Origin: an uncultured bacterium
GTDB lineage: Bacteria; Zixibacteria; MSB-5A5; UBA10806
Assembly (NCBI GenBank): GCA_965541585.1
Contig: CBEUCH010000004.1
Coordinates: 32,001 to 96,000 of the forward strand
DNA: 64,000 nt
Reading direction: 5' to 3'
Below, one piece after another: positions 29,626-39,301 of the stretch. A program made the translations under genes and the position numbers. The notes under the pieces are model-generated. The model ran no database searches and was not told where the DNA came from. It saw only the letters and a program-made list of their open reading frames with translations. How positions within the stretch are numbered: position 1 is the stretch's first letter; every line of letters starts with the position of its first letter.

Positions 29626-32286
29626 TCAGATCTTTTCAATTCTGGCGGCCAGCTTTTTAAAATCGACCTGCCCCGATACCGGATCGTATGCCCGGTGCGA
29701 GGTTGCGTTTACAAGCCACTTGTTCTTCGCCGGATCGGCGGAGTCGGCCACCGACAGGTTCCACGGTGAAAAGATATATCCTTTAGGCACCTCGTTTCGA
29801 GCCGGTTTGATCTTGGATCGCACGCCGCCGATCGACACTCTTCCCTCATAGAAACCGCGGCGAGTGTGGACTCTGATTTTGTCGCCGTCGTTCAAACCGT
29901 TTTCACCGGCATCATCCGGATGTATCTCCACATACTGTTCGGGCACAAGCCTCCTGGTTGTCGCTCCCCTGATGGTTTTGGCGGTATGGAAATGTTCATA
30001 GACTATACCGAGGCCGAGCCAGAACGGATATTTGCTCTTGGGCACTTTGGCCCAATGTTTACCCAGATGTTCAAAATCGGGGAGTTCCGGCGTCAAGGCC
30101 ATATCCCTGGCCTGAATCAGAACATCATGATGATCCACCGCGTAATAGCCCGGTTCGGTTCCCATCTTTCGCATTTCCGCAAGAACCTTGCGACGTTTGC
30201 TGTAATCCTGGCGACAGATCTTAAAATGCATTTTGCCGTCCGGTTTGCGGAACATTCCATAAGGTTTATCCGCCCAGCTTTCCTGATCCATATACCGGCG
30301 CGTGGTGCCGCCGCGCTTTGCTATTTCATAATTCGGCGCAGGCCACTGAATTCCTTTCAGGCGTCTGATCTGATCATATAAACCGATACCGTCGCGTTCA
30401 CGCACCTCCAGAAGGCCGGTCATGTCACAATCGGTTCCTTTCGAACCCCGGACTATCTCCTCGAATATTTCTTCAGCGTCGTAAAGCTCCGGGCCGTCGG
30501 GATGGAATCTCTTCTTTTTATATGGGAATATAGTCTCGGAATCGAGTCCCATCATCCTTGCCAGCATTTTACCCTTGTCGATAGCCATATCAAGATCGGG
30601 CCAGCATTTCTCCAGACCGGGGGCGCCTTTTCCGACTCCGTCTACGACGTTGAATCTCCTCTCTGATGAGATATATGTTCCCCCCTGCCATTCGCCCCAG
30701 GTGAGAGCGGGAAATATAACGTCAGCATAAAGAACATTGGGAGCGTGACGGTAGATATCCTGAACTACAACAAACATTTTCCTCAACGCCGGTCGAATCA
30801 GGTTGTTCAGGTCAGGCTGATGTATGTGTGTCGTGTACATATAGAACATGGCTTTAACATCGTCCTTTAATGCCCTCTCAAACATGCCGACCATCATGCC
30901 CGGGTTTTTCGCCTTATTGACGATTTCAAGTCTCTCCTCGGGCAGGTTCCAGACCTGGTTCATCCATCCGCGATGTTTGTCGTCATTCAAACCGATATTG
31001 AATGGCAGACGTCCCGTAAGACCACCCATCAAACGCTCGCCCATAGCGTTGGGCTGGCCGGTCATAGAGAACGGGCCCGCTCCCGGACGGCCGATATCAC
31101 CGGTCAGGCAATGCAGGTTAATTATGCTGATAACATTGTGCTGACCGTGTATATGCTGATTGTAGCCGATACCCCAGAAGGAAATGACGCCACCCCTGCC
31201 TTTAGCTTTGCCCTTTCTGCTGGCGGCAGCCCACCGGGCTGCAACTTCCCGGATGAGTTTCGGATCAACCATCGTGCGGTCGCGTACCTTTTCCGGAGCG
31301 TACTCCTCCTTCACGACTTTTATATACTCCTCCCAGCCAACCGTATTCTCCTTTAGAAATTTATGGTCCACAACGTCGGGATGCTCGGTTACTATCACAT
31401 GCGCGATGGCATTTAATATGGATATATCGCCGTTGATGCTCTGGAAATGCGAACTGTTACGGGGACTTATGGATTCCAGGGCCTGAACAGTACCCGTCCT
31501 GCGAGGATCTGATACCACAGTAGGAATTCCGTTTTTCTTCTTGTGATCGGCTATCCTCCAGAAGATAATAGTATGCGCTGCACGCGCGTTATGCCCCCAC
31601 ATGGTAATCATATCCGCTTCTTCTATATCGTCATAGCTTAAGGGGGGAGTATCGGAACCGAGAGTAGCGAAATAGGCTGTAACGGCCGATGTCATACAGG
31701 TGCGGGCGTTGGCCTCGATGGAATTCGAGCCGAGAATTCCCTTCATCAGCTTATTCTCCATCCACTGCGCTTCCACCGTCAACTGTCCCGAACCATAGAG
31801 GCCGACGGAATTGCCGCCGTGGGCCTTGTATATCTCCATTATCTTTTCGGCGACGAGATGTTCGGCTTCCTCATACGATGCTTCTTCAAACAGATCATCG
31901 TCGAACCGTCCCTTAGTGGCGGATTCGTATCCCTTCATAGGATCCGACATATCCTTGCGAACCAGCACCCTGTCGAGGCGGTCGACATATGTCGGCTCGT
32001 CAGCGTTCAAGCCTTTGATACATTGGACGCCCTTGTTGGTTGGATGTTGTTTATCGGGTATCACTCCGAGGATCCGCCCGGTCTTGTCCGCCTTGATTAT
32101 AGTGCCGCAACCTACCCCGCAATAAGGACACTGGCTGATCAAGCTCTGGGCGACCGGTGAGAGCTCGCCTACTTCCGCCAGCAGTTTCTCCGGAGCGAAA
32201 ATAGCCGAACCCAGTCCCAGAGCGGTCGCGCCGGCAACCGAACCCCTCAAGAAATTTCTTCTGGTAACTGATCCCTTTTTCGGCAT
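29626..32286 (-). CDS. napA: Tat-exported Mo-bisPGD nitrate reductase catalytic subunit (NapA/NarB family)
   Basis: TRRNFL Tat motif, CPYCGVGC..C [4Fe-4S], GSGQ, NARTCMTSAV (Cys-Met active site), TGQPNAMG and DPVSGQ.DFK. Confidence 0.82.
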   Translation of the reverse strand: MPKKGSVTRRNFLRGSVAGATALGLGSAIFAPEKLLAEVGELSPVAQSLISQCPYCGVGCGTIIKADKTGRILGVIPDKQHPTNKGVQCIKGLNADEPTYVDRLDRVLVRKDMSDPMKGYESATKGRFDDDLFEEASYEEAEHLVAEKIMEIYKAHGGNSVGLYGSGQLTVEAQWMENKLMKGILGSNSIEANARTCMTSAVTAYFATLGSDTPPLSYDDIEEADMITMWGHNARAAHTIIFWRIADHKKKNGIPTVVSDPRRTGTVQALESISPRNSSHFQSINGDISILNAIAHVIVTEHPDVVDHKFLKENTVGWEEYIKVVKEEYAPEKVRDRTMVDPKLIREVAARWAAASRKGKAKGRGGVISFWGIGYNQHIHGQHNVISIINLHCLTGDIGRPGAGPFSMTGQPNAMGERLMGGLTGRLPFNIGLNDDKHRGWMNQVWNLPEERLEIVNKAKNPGMMVGMFERALKDDVKAMFYMYTTHIHQPDLNNLIRPALRKMFVVVQDIYRHAPNVLYADVIFPALTWGEWQGGTYISSERRFNVVDGVGKGAPGLEKCWPDLDMAIDKGKMLARMMGLDSETIFPYKKKRFHPDGPELYDAEEIFEEIVRGSKGTDCDMTGLLEVRERDGIGLYDQIRRLKGIQWPAPNYEIAKRGGTTRRYMDQESWADKPYGMFRKPDGKMHFKICRQDYSKRRKVLAEMRKMGTEPGYYAVDHHDVLIQARDMALTPELPDFEHLGKHWAKVPKSKYPFWLGLGIVYEHFHTAKTIRGATTRRLVPEQYVEIHPDDAGENGLNDGDKIRVHTRRGFYEGRVSIGGVRSKIKPARNEVPKGYIFSPWNLSVADSADPAKNKWLVNATSHRAYDPVSGQVDFKKLAARIEKI

Positions 32287-32293
32287 GGCAGAA

Positions 32294-34816
32294 CTACTCC
32301 TTCCCTTGCTTTATAAATGCAATAACATCATTGACCTCTTTGCCAGTGAATTCAGTGAGACCACCGCCACCCCTCATCATCGAACGCATAGCCGACTCAT
32401 GCCGTCCCAATGACATTGTCGCCTGCAAGTACCCCACAGACGCCGCCTTGACAAAATCCGGCCTCAGCAGATCCGGGGCAAAAGAGCCACTGTGATGGCA
32501 TTGGCTGCACTGCCTTTCATATACCTCCGCGCCTATTTGCGGCGTGCCGACAACGTATTTGGGGCCTATTTCATCCTCATCTTTAGTGCGAAGATAGTTT
32601 ACTATTCCCATGGCGGTATTCATATCGATTTCAACGAAACCGCCCCTGCCGAATTTTTTCATCTCGCTTCCGTCGCGACCCGACATCATCATGGCAATTA
32701 TGAAACCGTCGGAGGTCATCTCCAGGAAGCCCGGGCGGCCTATGCCGGGACCGTTACCACCGCCACCCCCGGGACCGTGACATTGCGCGCAAAAACGATT
32801 GAAATCGTCTCGTCCGTTAATACTCTCGCCCGGTATGGTGCTGATTCCGACGAAAACCGGAGGATTATCTTCGAATGTTCTTATATAAGCGACAATATCA
32901 TTTATCTCTTTCCTGGTGAGATCGACTGTACCGTCCCGCCCTTTTAGATTTCCTTTCATCGGAGATCCGGTACGTCCGTATGCAATCATCTCCCATATAA
33001 ATTCGTCGGATGCCGTCTTGAGAAAATCATGTGAGGTTATAGACGGTCCAACGTAGCCTCGACCTGATTCCCCATGGCACTGCGCACAGATTCTATCGAA
33101 CAGTTTCCTGCCGTTGAATTCAGAGCCATTGATTTTCATACTTGTTGTGCCGGTAACCGGTCCTCGATATCCGGAACGTAAAAACGAGACGATATCGCCA
33201 AGCGACTTTGCTCCCAGATAATTATAGCTCCCCATCGCCGTCCCGCGTCTGCCTCCGGTTAATGTCGCATGCAGGAACCTGCTATTGGCGAAGCGCAGGA
33301 ATTCGGGAGAATTCAAGGACGGCCCTATACCTCCCTCGGCGTTATCGCCATGGCAGGATGCACAATTTTCAGAGTAGACTTTTTGTCCCGTTCTCGCGGA
33401 GCCGTTTTGAATAGCGCGTCGGAACGAGGCGTAACTAATAACAGGATAGCGCCAGGAATCCATATATTCCAGCAGGTCGGCCAGGTCATATCTGGAGAGG
33501 AAGTTCCAGGCGGGCATGGCGGTGCCGGCTCGGCCTTTGATAATCGTTTCGTAAAGCAGCCGGTTATTCATAAGGGAAAGAAGCTGCGGCGATAGGAGCG
33601 TCGGCCCGATCATGTCCGTCTCATAATCGCCGTCGATTCCGTGACAACCGGCACAATTAGAATTGAAAATAACCCGCCCGTAGCCGACCTCACCTTTCGT
33701 CTCAACTACTTCTTTATAAGCAGGAGCTTTTTTTCTAAGAGACAACACATATGATGCTATCTTGTCGATTTCAGGATTCGATAATCCTCCACCCCGCCCC
33801 CAGGCCGGCATGATCGCAGATCCGGACCCCGAAATTATGGCGCTCAAAAACGCCTGGTCAGCAATCGCCAAAAACTGCGGGTTGCCAAGAGCCGGTCCCA
33901 TCTTGCCGAGTTCCGTGTAATTTGTTCCGCCGCCTTCCTTGCCGTGACAGGCGGAGCAATAGCTCATATAGAGATCGCGTTTTGTCTCCTCTATTGTTCC
34001 GGACGAGGCTATCATGCCTTCGGGGATAGAGAATTCCTGAAACGACTTCATGTAGACTGTCAGGTTTAATGCTTCCTGTTCGGAAAAGCCATAATCTATC
34101 ATTCCCGATGAATCCGGCTGGATTTTCGGTTGATATACCGACTCGAAAATAAAAGCCATGTTAACATTGCCGTCAAAGCGATCTATATATTCATCCGCGT
34201 TATCGGGATGAGGACGTTTCAGATGGAATGACGCCTGGCCGATTGTGGTAAGATCAGGCCCCAGAGAACCACCTCGTCCACGCACTTTATGACATCCCTG
34301 GCAGCCGTTTTCTTTAAAAAGCCGTTCACCTCTCTGGTACGCGCCGGAGAGTTCCGGCATATCCGATCTATGGCAGCGGGCGCAATTGGCCTCCAAAAAC
34401 GGCGGCATTAATACCGGTTCTTCCCAGAATTCGATAAAATGGCTGACAGCGTGCTCGAAATCGGTGGCGCGCCCCTGTCCGTCGTGACAGATCGTACATC
34501 CGAAAATATTCAGATCGTGTTTTTCGAGATAGTCACCCGGATGGGTTTTTAACGGGTTATCGAGCTCGACAGCGCGCGGGTCGGTTATGGAGACGTGACA
34601 GATTACGCAACGGTCGATCTTATCTATTTCCGGCAAGACCAGTTGACGATAATCTATTTTGAACTCAGATCCCGAATCTGTATCTGACACGAAATCGGAG
34701 TATTGACGCTGATAACTTTTCCATTCCGGGGTGAGAAACTCGGCGGCGGCCCCGATCAGAAGTAACACAATTACCAGGGAACTGGCCCAGAACATCAGTT
34801 TTTTTGTCGCGTTCAT
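32294..34816 (-). CDS. Membrane-anchored decaheme cytochrome c
   Basis: N-terminal TM and 10 CxxCH motifs (CVICH, CTICH, CARCH, CQGCH, CSACH, CAGCH, CASCH, CAQCH x2, CSQCH). The N-terminal region is homologous to 1052..3043. Confidence 0.9.
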   Translation of the reverse strand: MNATKKLMFWASSLVIVLLLIGAAAEFLTPEWKSYQRQYSDFVSDTDSGSEFKIDYRQLVLPEIDKIDRCVICHVSITDPRAVELDNPLKTHPGDYLEKHDLNIFGCTICHDGQGRATDFEHAVSHFIEFWEEPVLMPPFLEANCARCHRSDMPELSGAYQRGERLFKENGCQGCHKVRGRGGSLGPDLTTIGQASFHLKRPHPDNADEYIDRFDGNVNMAFIFESVYQPKIQPDSSGMIDYGFSEQEALNLTVYMKSFQEFSIPEGMIASSGTIEETKRDLYMSYCSACHGKEGGGTNYTELGKMGPALGNPQFLAIADQAFLSAIISGSGSAIMPAWGRGGGLSNPEIDKIASYVLSLRKKAPAYKEVVETKGEVGYGRVIFNSNCAGCHGIDGDYETDMIGPTLLSPQLLSLMNNRLLYETIIKGRAGTAMPAWNFLSRYDLADLLEYMDSWRYPVISYASFRRAIQNGSARTGQKVYSENCASCHGDNAEGGIGPSLNSPEFLRFANSRFLHATLTGGRRGTAMGSYNYLGAKSLGDIVSFLRSGYRGPVTGTTSMKINGSEFNGRKLFDRICAQCHGESGRGYVGPSITSHDFLKTASDEFIWEMIAYGRTGSPMKGNLKGRDGTVDLTRKEINDIVAYIRTFEDNPPVFVGISTIPGESINGRDDFNRFCAQCHGPGGGGGNGPGIGRPGFLEMTSDGFIIAMMMSGRDGSEMKKFGRGGFVEIDMNTAMGIVNYLRTKDEDEIGPKYVVGTPQIGAEVYERQCSQCHHSGSFAPDLLRPDFVKAASVGYLQATMSLGRHESAMRSMMRGGGGLTEFTGKEVNDVIAFIKQGKE

Positions 34817-34831
34817 TCCCGATTACTCCGC

Positions 34832-36430
34832 TTAATGGACCGGCCATAGCGATGGCCACCAGTAAAAATCCCAGTTCGGGCCTCGATGGACAGTTGCGAA
34901 ATACGTTAAAATCATAAACCCGACAATAAAACAGGTAAATATGGCAACGGCACCGAGGCGGGTTGAGCCGGATCGATTGAGGATCCGAAGAGACCACCAG
35001 ACGAAAGCCCCGGTCAATATGGTTCCGGGATTGATCGCAATAATTATTATCTGCGGAATATTCGGGAACCAGTTGCGCAGCCAGCCGAAAATGATAGTGA
35101 ACGCAAGCATAACGACAATGCAAATCGACGAGAATATAAGAGAATCTCTGAATATTTTTTTCTCGCTCTTATCGGGGAACCACAATCCCGATTCGCCCCG
35201 TGTCCTGTCCAGAAACGGAATAAGGATTATGCCCAATACTGCTATTCCGGGAATTGCCATTCCGCCAATAAATGCCGAATACGATACCAGTTCCTGAAGC
35301 CCCAGAAAATACCATGGGGCCTTGGCAGGATTTTCCGGCACCAGCGGGTTGGCAGCCTCTTTCAAAGGTGCATTGGAAATGAATGACAAAGTAATCACGG
35401 CCGCCAGCATGATGGCGAAAACCGCCATTTCCGCATGGAACAGATGCGGCCATGAGGCTACTGTTTTATTCGGGCCATTATTGACGTTGTTACCGGAGCC
35501 CTTGATAATAGCCATCAGACCATACGTTTTCCCCTCTGTGGGGAATGCCATCTCCGCTTTTTCATCCCTTGGGGTGTTTATCAACATATCTTCAGAGATA
35601 ACCGAGGGGCGCGACAGCCCGCCGTCTTTTCTGATTCGCCAGAAATGAACGCCGATCAAGGCTGTCATGGTTAGCGGCAGGAAAACGCAATGCAGGAAAT
35701 AAAATCTGATAAGCGCCTCCTCCCCCACGACATCGGCGCCAAGCAGAAGAAGCTTTTGCAATCGTCCTATATCAAAAATGCCTGTGATTCCCAGTGCATC
35801 TGTAAGTTCGGTGGGCGAGGCCGCTATCTGAGTCCCGATAGTAGTTGCCCAGTAGGCCAACTGGTCCCATGGCAAAAGATAACCTGTAAATGAAAGAGCA
35901 AGAGTCAACGTGAACAACAGCATACCGATCATCCAGTTGAATTGCCGGGGGAACCTGTATGATCCTGTATAGAAAACTCTTACCATATGAAGGATCACCG
36001 CTATTACCATTCCGTGTGCCGCCCAGCGGTGAACGTTTCTCATCAGCCTGCCACCCGGAACCGCGAAATGAATATCCTTAATGGAATTGTAGGCGCCTGC
36101 TGCGGACGGCTTATAATATATCATCAATAATACACCGGTAACGGCAAGAATAATAAACAAAGCCGCGGTGGCTACTCCAAGGCCCAGCGTAAAAGTTTTC
36201 TTCAGACTATATCTGTGGGTCCGAACCGAATGAATGTGCAAAAACAGATTCCCGAACACCGACTGGGAAACCGCCCGGGCAGATGTTCTTGGCCCGTGGC
36301 GAATTGTCGATTCTTTAAACGACTTCGGGAGCCTCTTTATATTGGCTTTAAATTTCTCAAAGCCACTGATCGAATTTGCCGGCGTCGTTTTATCAGGCAT
36401 GGAAAACCCCTTTTGTTCCGGGTTTGACAT
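34832..36430 (-). CDS. petB: Cytochrome b of a Rieske/cyt b complex (fused)
   Basis: [25 protein letters not shown]-x14-HFW and [12 protein letters not shown] motifs, with extra C-terminal TMs. Confidence 0.92.
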   Translation of the reverse strand: MSNPEQKGFSMPDKTTPANSISGFEKFKANIKRLPKSFKESTIRHGPRTSARAVSQSVFGNLFLHIHSVRTHRYSLKKTFTLGLGVATAALFIILAVTGVLLMIYYKPSAAGAYNSIKDIHFAVPGGRLMRNVHRWAAHGMVIAVILHMVRVFYTGSYRFPRQFNWMIGMLLFTLTLALSFTGYLLPWDQLAYWATTIGTQIAASPTELTDALGITGIFDIGRLQKLLLLGADVVGEEALIRFYFLHCVFLPLTMTALIGVHFWRIRKDGGLSRPSVISEDMLINTPRDEKAEMAFPTEGKTYGLMAIIKGSGNNVNNGPNKTVASWPHLFHAEMAVFAIMLAAVITLSFISNAPLKEAANPLVPENPAKAPWYFLGLQELVSYSAFIGGMAIPGIAVLGIILIPFLDRTRGESGLWFPDKSEKKIFRDSLIFSSICIVVMLAFTIIFGWLRNWFPNIPQIIIIAINPGTILTGAFVWWSLRILNRSGSTRLGAVAIFTCFIVGFMILTYFATVHRGPNWDFYWWPSLWPVH

Positions 36431-36854
36431 AGGAGTTCAGATCGATCTCCACCTGGCCCGAAGGAAGCTGCACTACTTTATGCCAGTTCAAGCCTTTCGG
36501 CGCCGGGCCCTTAGTCACATTTCCTCTACCTCCAAACCTGGAACCGTGACATGGGCAATCAAATCCGCTTCCGGTCCAGGCAACAACGCATCCCAAATGG
36601 GTGCATGTCGTTGATATAGCGTAAATCCCTTCATCATCGGAGAAAACGATTACTCTTTCCTTTTCGAAAGGTTTTACTGTCCCGGCCGGGTAATCCGATG
36701 CCGGTCCCAGTTTAATCTTCTTCGTCTCCTGCGGCAATAGTGTGGGAAGAGTAAACCTGGCCAGCGATGCTATCCAGATTCCGATAGCCCCGATAAACGT
36801 TGCGGGCGCGAATTTCGACAAGAAATCGCGTCTTGATTTCCTTTTTCCCTCCAT
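36393..36854 (-). CDS. petC: Rieske [2Fe-2S] protein
   Basis: SRRDFL, CTHLGC, CPCHGSRF and GPAP motifs. Confidence 0.93.
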   Translation of the reverse strand: MEGKRKSRRDFLSKFAPATFIGAIGIWIASLARFTLPTLLPQETKKIKLGPASDYPAGTVKPFEKERVIVFSDDEGIYAISTTCTHLGCVVAWTGSGFDCPCHGSRFGGRGNVTKGPAPKGLNWHKVVQLPSGQVEIDLNSYVKPGTKGVFHA

Positions 36855-38693
36855 TTATGGACCCACCTCGCAAAAGGTTACTCTTTCCATAGTCACGGCC
36901 CCGACAGGGCACCGTTCCGCGCAACAGGCGCATCTGATACACGACGTTTCATCCTTAATAATGGCAGAATCATTTTCGGCAAAGCCAATATCCGCCAGCT
37001 TTACCGCGTCGCCGTTTATCTCCAGATCTTCTAAGGATACAATCTTCAAACAGAACTCAGGACAGACGTCCACACAGCCTCCACAGAGAACGCAGGCCTC
37101 TCCGTTGAAAATCGTATTTACGCCGCAATCGAGACATCGGCTCGCCTCGGTAAGTGCCTCCCTGTCGGAATAGCCAATCTCAACAACGGGGTATCCGGAT
37201 TTCAAACGTTCCGAAGGTTCAATTGTGGGGATGTTTTGACGCTGGATCTCTTCGTAGGATGCTTCGCGGGCGTAGTTTTCGATTTCCGTATGATCGATTT
37301 CAAGTTCCGGCTCGAAATCTCTTTCCGGAAGTCCAGCGGCGATGGTTCTGGCTACCTTCTTGCCGTGGGCTACGGCATCAATAACCAACCTTGCACCGTA
37401 GGCGCAGTCGCCTGCGAAAAATAACCACGGCCACTCCGTGCTGCCGTCCTCATTAACATCGACGAAGCCTCTTTCATTTAATTCCACCCCGTCGCGCTCC
37501 GGTCTGATAAACGATAGATCTATTTGCTGGCCTACTGAGAGGACTACGGTATCGCAGCGGATTTCACTGATCTCCTTTTCATCAAAGGTCGGCGCGAAAC
37601 GGCCCTTATCGTCAAGTACAGAAACGCATTTTTTGAATTTAACGCCTGCTATTTTGTCATTTTCAATGATAATTTCGCTTGGCCCGATTGAAATATGTCG
37701 GATAATCCCTTCCTCTTCTCCCTCGAGAATCTCCATCTCGTCAGCAGGCATCTCTTCTAAGGATTCCAGACAGCAAAGGTGGACTTCCCTGACGCCCCTG
37801 ACTCGTTTTGCCTGCCGGGAAACATCGAACGGCTCGTTGCGCAGGATGGTTCTTCCCACATCGTAAGCAACCGACCCTCCGCCTATAACAACAACCTTCT
37901 CTCCCAGTCTAACGTTTTCTCCGAGGCTCACGGCGCGAAGAAATTCAACGCCTCCCAGTATATCATGATGATCCGCTCCCGGCATAGGCAGTTTCCTTGA
38001 GCGCTTGGCTCCAACGGCAACAACAACAGCGTCATACTCCGTGGCGAGCTCGTTCAATTGAATATCTTTGCCAACTGTGATACCGGTTTTGAATTCCACT
38101 CCCAAGGTCTCTATAATTTCAATCTCCGCGGAAATAGTATCGCGTGGAAGACGGTAATCCGGAATACCGATAGCCAGCATGCCGCCCTTAACGTTTTCAG
38201 CTTCGTAAACTGTGGGAGTAAAGCCTAATAACGCCAGGTCATGTGCACAGGCAAGCCCTGCCGGCCCCGAGCCGATTATCGCCACCTTAATAGCGTTCTT
38301 TTTGCCCGGATAATCATAAGCGGTAAGCTCTTCTCTGCTTATGTTTTCGCGGTTTGTTACGTATTGGCGGATGTTTTCCAAAAGCTTTGACCTCTCCTCG
38401 TTACCGTGCCCCTGGAAATATTTTTCGGCCGCAAAACGTTTCAAGGCTCTTATTGAAATAGGCTTATCTATATCCCCTCGCCTGCAATTGACCTCACAAG
38501 GGGCGGCGCATATTCTGCCGCAAATCGACGCCAGGGGATTCGGTCCCCTGGCTATCAAATAAGCGTTTTCAAAATTGCCATTGGCGACAGCACGAACATA
38601 ACCCCTGGCATCCGTACAGACTGGGCAAGCGTCCTGACATTTTATCTGTTTCTGCCAATAGCCGTTATCCGGTATTTCAACACGGTAACTCAT
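36855..38693 (-). CDS. NAD(P)-dependent FAD/Fe-S oxidoreductase (GltD/NfnB/DsrL-like)
   Basis: Paralog of 4778..6586 with the same Cys motifs, GSGPAG, GGGSVA and two C-terminal ferredoxin motifs. Confidence 0.9.
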   Translation of the reverse strand: MSYRVEIPDNGYWQKQIKCQDACPVCTDARGYVRAVANGNFENAYLIARGPNPLASICGRICAAPCEVNCRRGDIDKPISIRALKRFAAEKYFQGHGNEERSKLLENIRQYVTNRENISREELTAYDYPGKKNAIKVAIIGSGPAGLACAHDLALLGFTPTVYEAENVKGGMLAIGIPDYRLPRDTISAEIEIIETLGVEFKTGITVGKDIQLNELATEYDAVVVAVGAKRSRKLPMPGADHHDILGGVEFLRAVSLGENVRLGEKVVVIGGGSVAYDVGRTILRNEPFDVSRQAKRVRGVREVHLCCLESLEEMPADEMEILEGEEEGIIRHISIGPSEIIIENDKIAGVKFKKCVSVLDDKGRFAPTFDEKEISEIRCDTVVLSVGQQIDLSFIRPERDGVELNERGFVDVNEDGSTEWPWLFFAGDCAYGARLVIDAVAHGKKVARTIAAGLPERDFEPELEIDHTEIENYAREASYEEIQRQNIPTIEPSERLKSGYPVVEIGYSDREALTEASRCLDCGVNTIFNGEACVLCGGCVDVCPEFCLKIVSLEDLEINGDAVKLADIGFAENDSAIIKDETSCIRCACCAERCPVGAVTMERVTFCEVGP

Positions 38694-39118
38694 TTCCTCT
38701 TGCCTTTGGCATTTGAGGGAGTGGATAGGTCGGCAAGAGTCATTTTTTTTGACCTGGTCAGTATCTCTTTTCTAAAACTGCCCCAGGATTCGTGAAAAAT
38801 ACACGAATCTTGCCCTGAACAGCTTTTCAATCCCAAAACACATTCTTCCTTCAGGTTTGTAACGCCGCCAAGAACTTTCAAAATATTATACAGGGTTACC
38901 TTTCCGGGGTCAATCGAGAGTGTCACCCCGCCATTTGGCCCTTTGGTGGAGGTAATGAGCCTTTTTCTCCCCAGATCCGTCAGAACCTTAGCCAGAAAAT
39001 GCGCCGGAATATCAAGTTCACTCGCCACTTCCTTTGCTTTTACAATAGTACCCCTGGGAAGGCCGGCGAGATATCGCAGAGATTCAAGGGCGTAGACGAT
39101 TGACTGAGGATAGATCAT
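38690..39118 (-). CDS. Rrf2-family transcriptional regulator, probably Fe-S binding
   Basis: IP.HFLAKVL..L, S.KGPNGG and a C-x6-C-x5-C-x2-H cluster. Confidence 0.92.
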   Translation of the reverse strand: MIYPQSIVYALESLRYLAGLPRGTIVKAKEVASELDIPAHFLAKVLTDLGRKRLITSTKGPNGGVTLSIDPGKVTLYNILKVLGGVTNLKEECVLGLKSCSGQDSCIFHESWGSFRKEILTRSKKMTLADLSTPSNAKGKRK

Positions 39119-39197
39119 TTCAGAAAACCCACCTTTAATATCAGACCCGGGTCATCAAATCCAGGCCGGAATCCGAATTTCGGACCCTCAATTCGCA

Positions 39198-39226
39198 AAT
39201 TAACAACTATATGTTTCGCCTGTCAA
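39198..39226 (-). promoter_or_regulatory. Putative sigma70 promoter of operon 2
   Basis: TTGACA-N17-TTAATT about 80 nt upstream of the rrf2 start. Short palindromes (GACCCGGGTC, CCGAATTTCGG) lie in the leader. Confidence 0.45.
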
Positions 39227-39301
39227 GTATTTTCCGATTTCGCATGATCGTTCGGTATTTATTCTGATGAAAGGGCTACACGGGAGGATTCCAGCTTTAG
39301 G

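Noticed and set aside
29626..32286. Formate dehydrogenase
   Set aside because: The active-site motif is Cys-Met (NARTCM), not Cys/Sec-His, and napGH follow.
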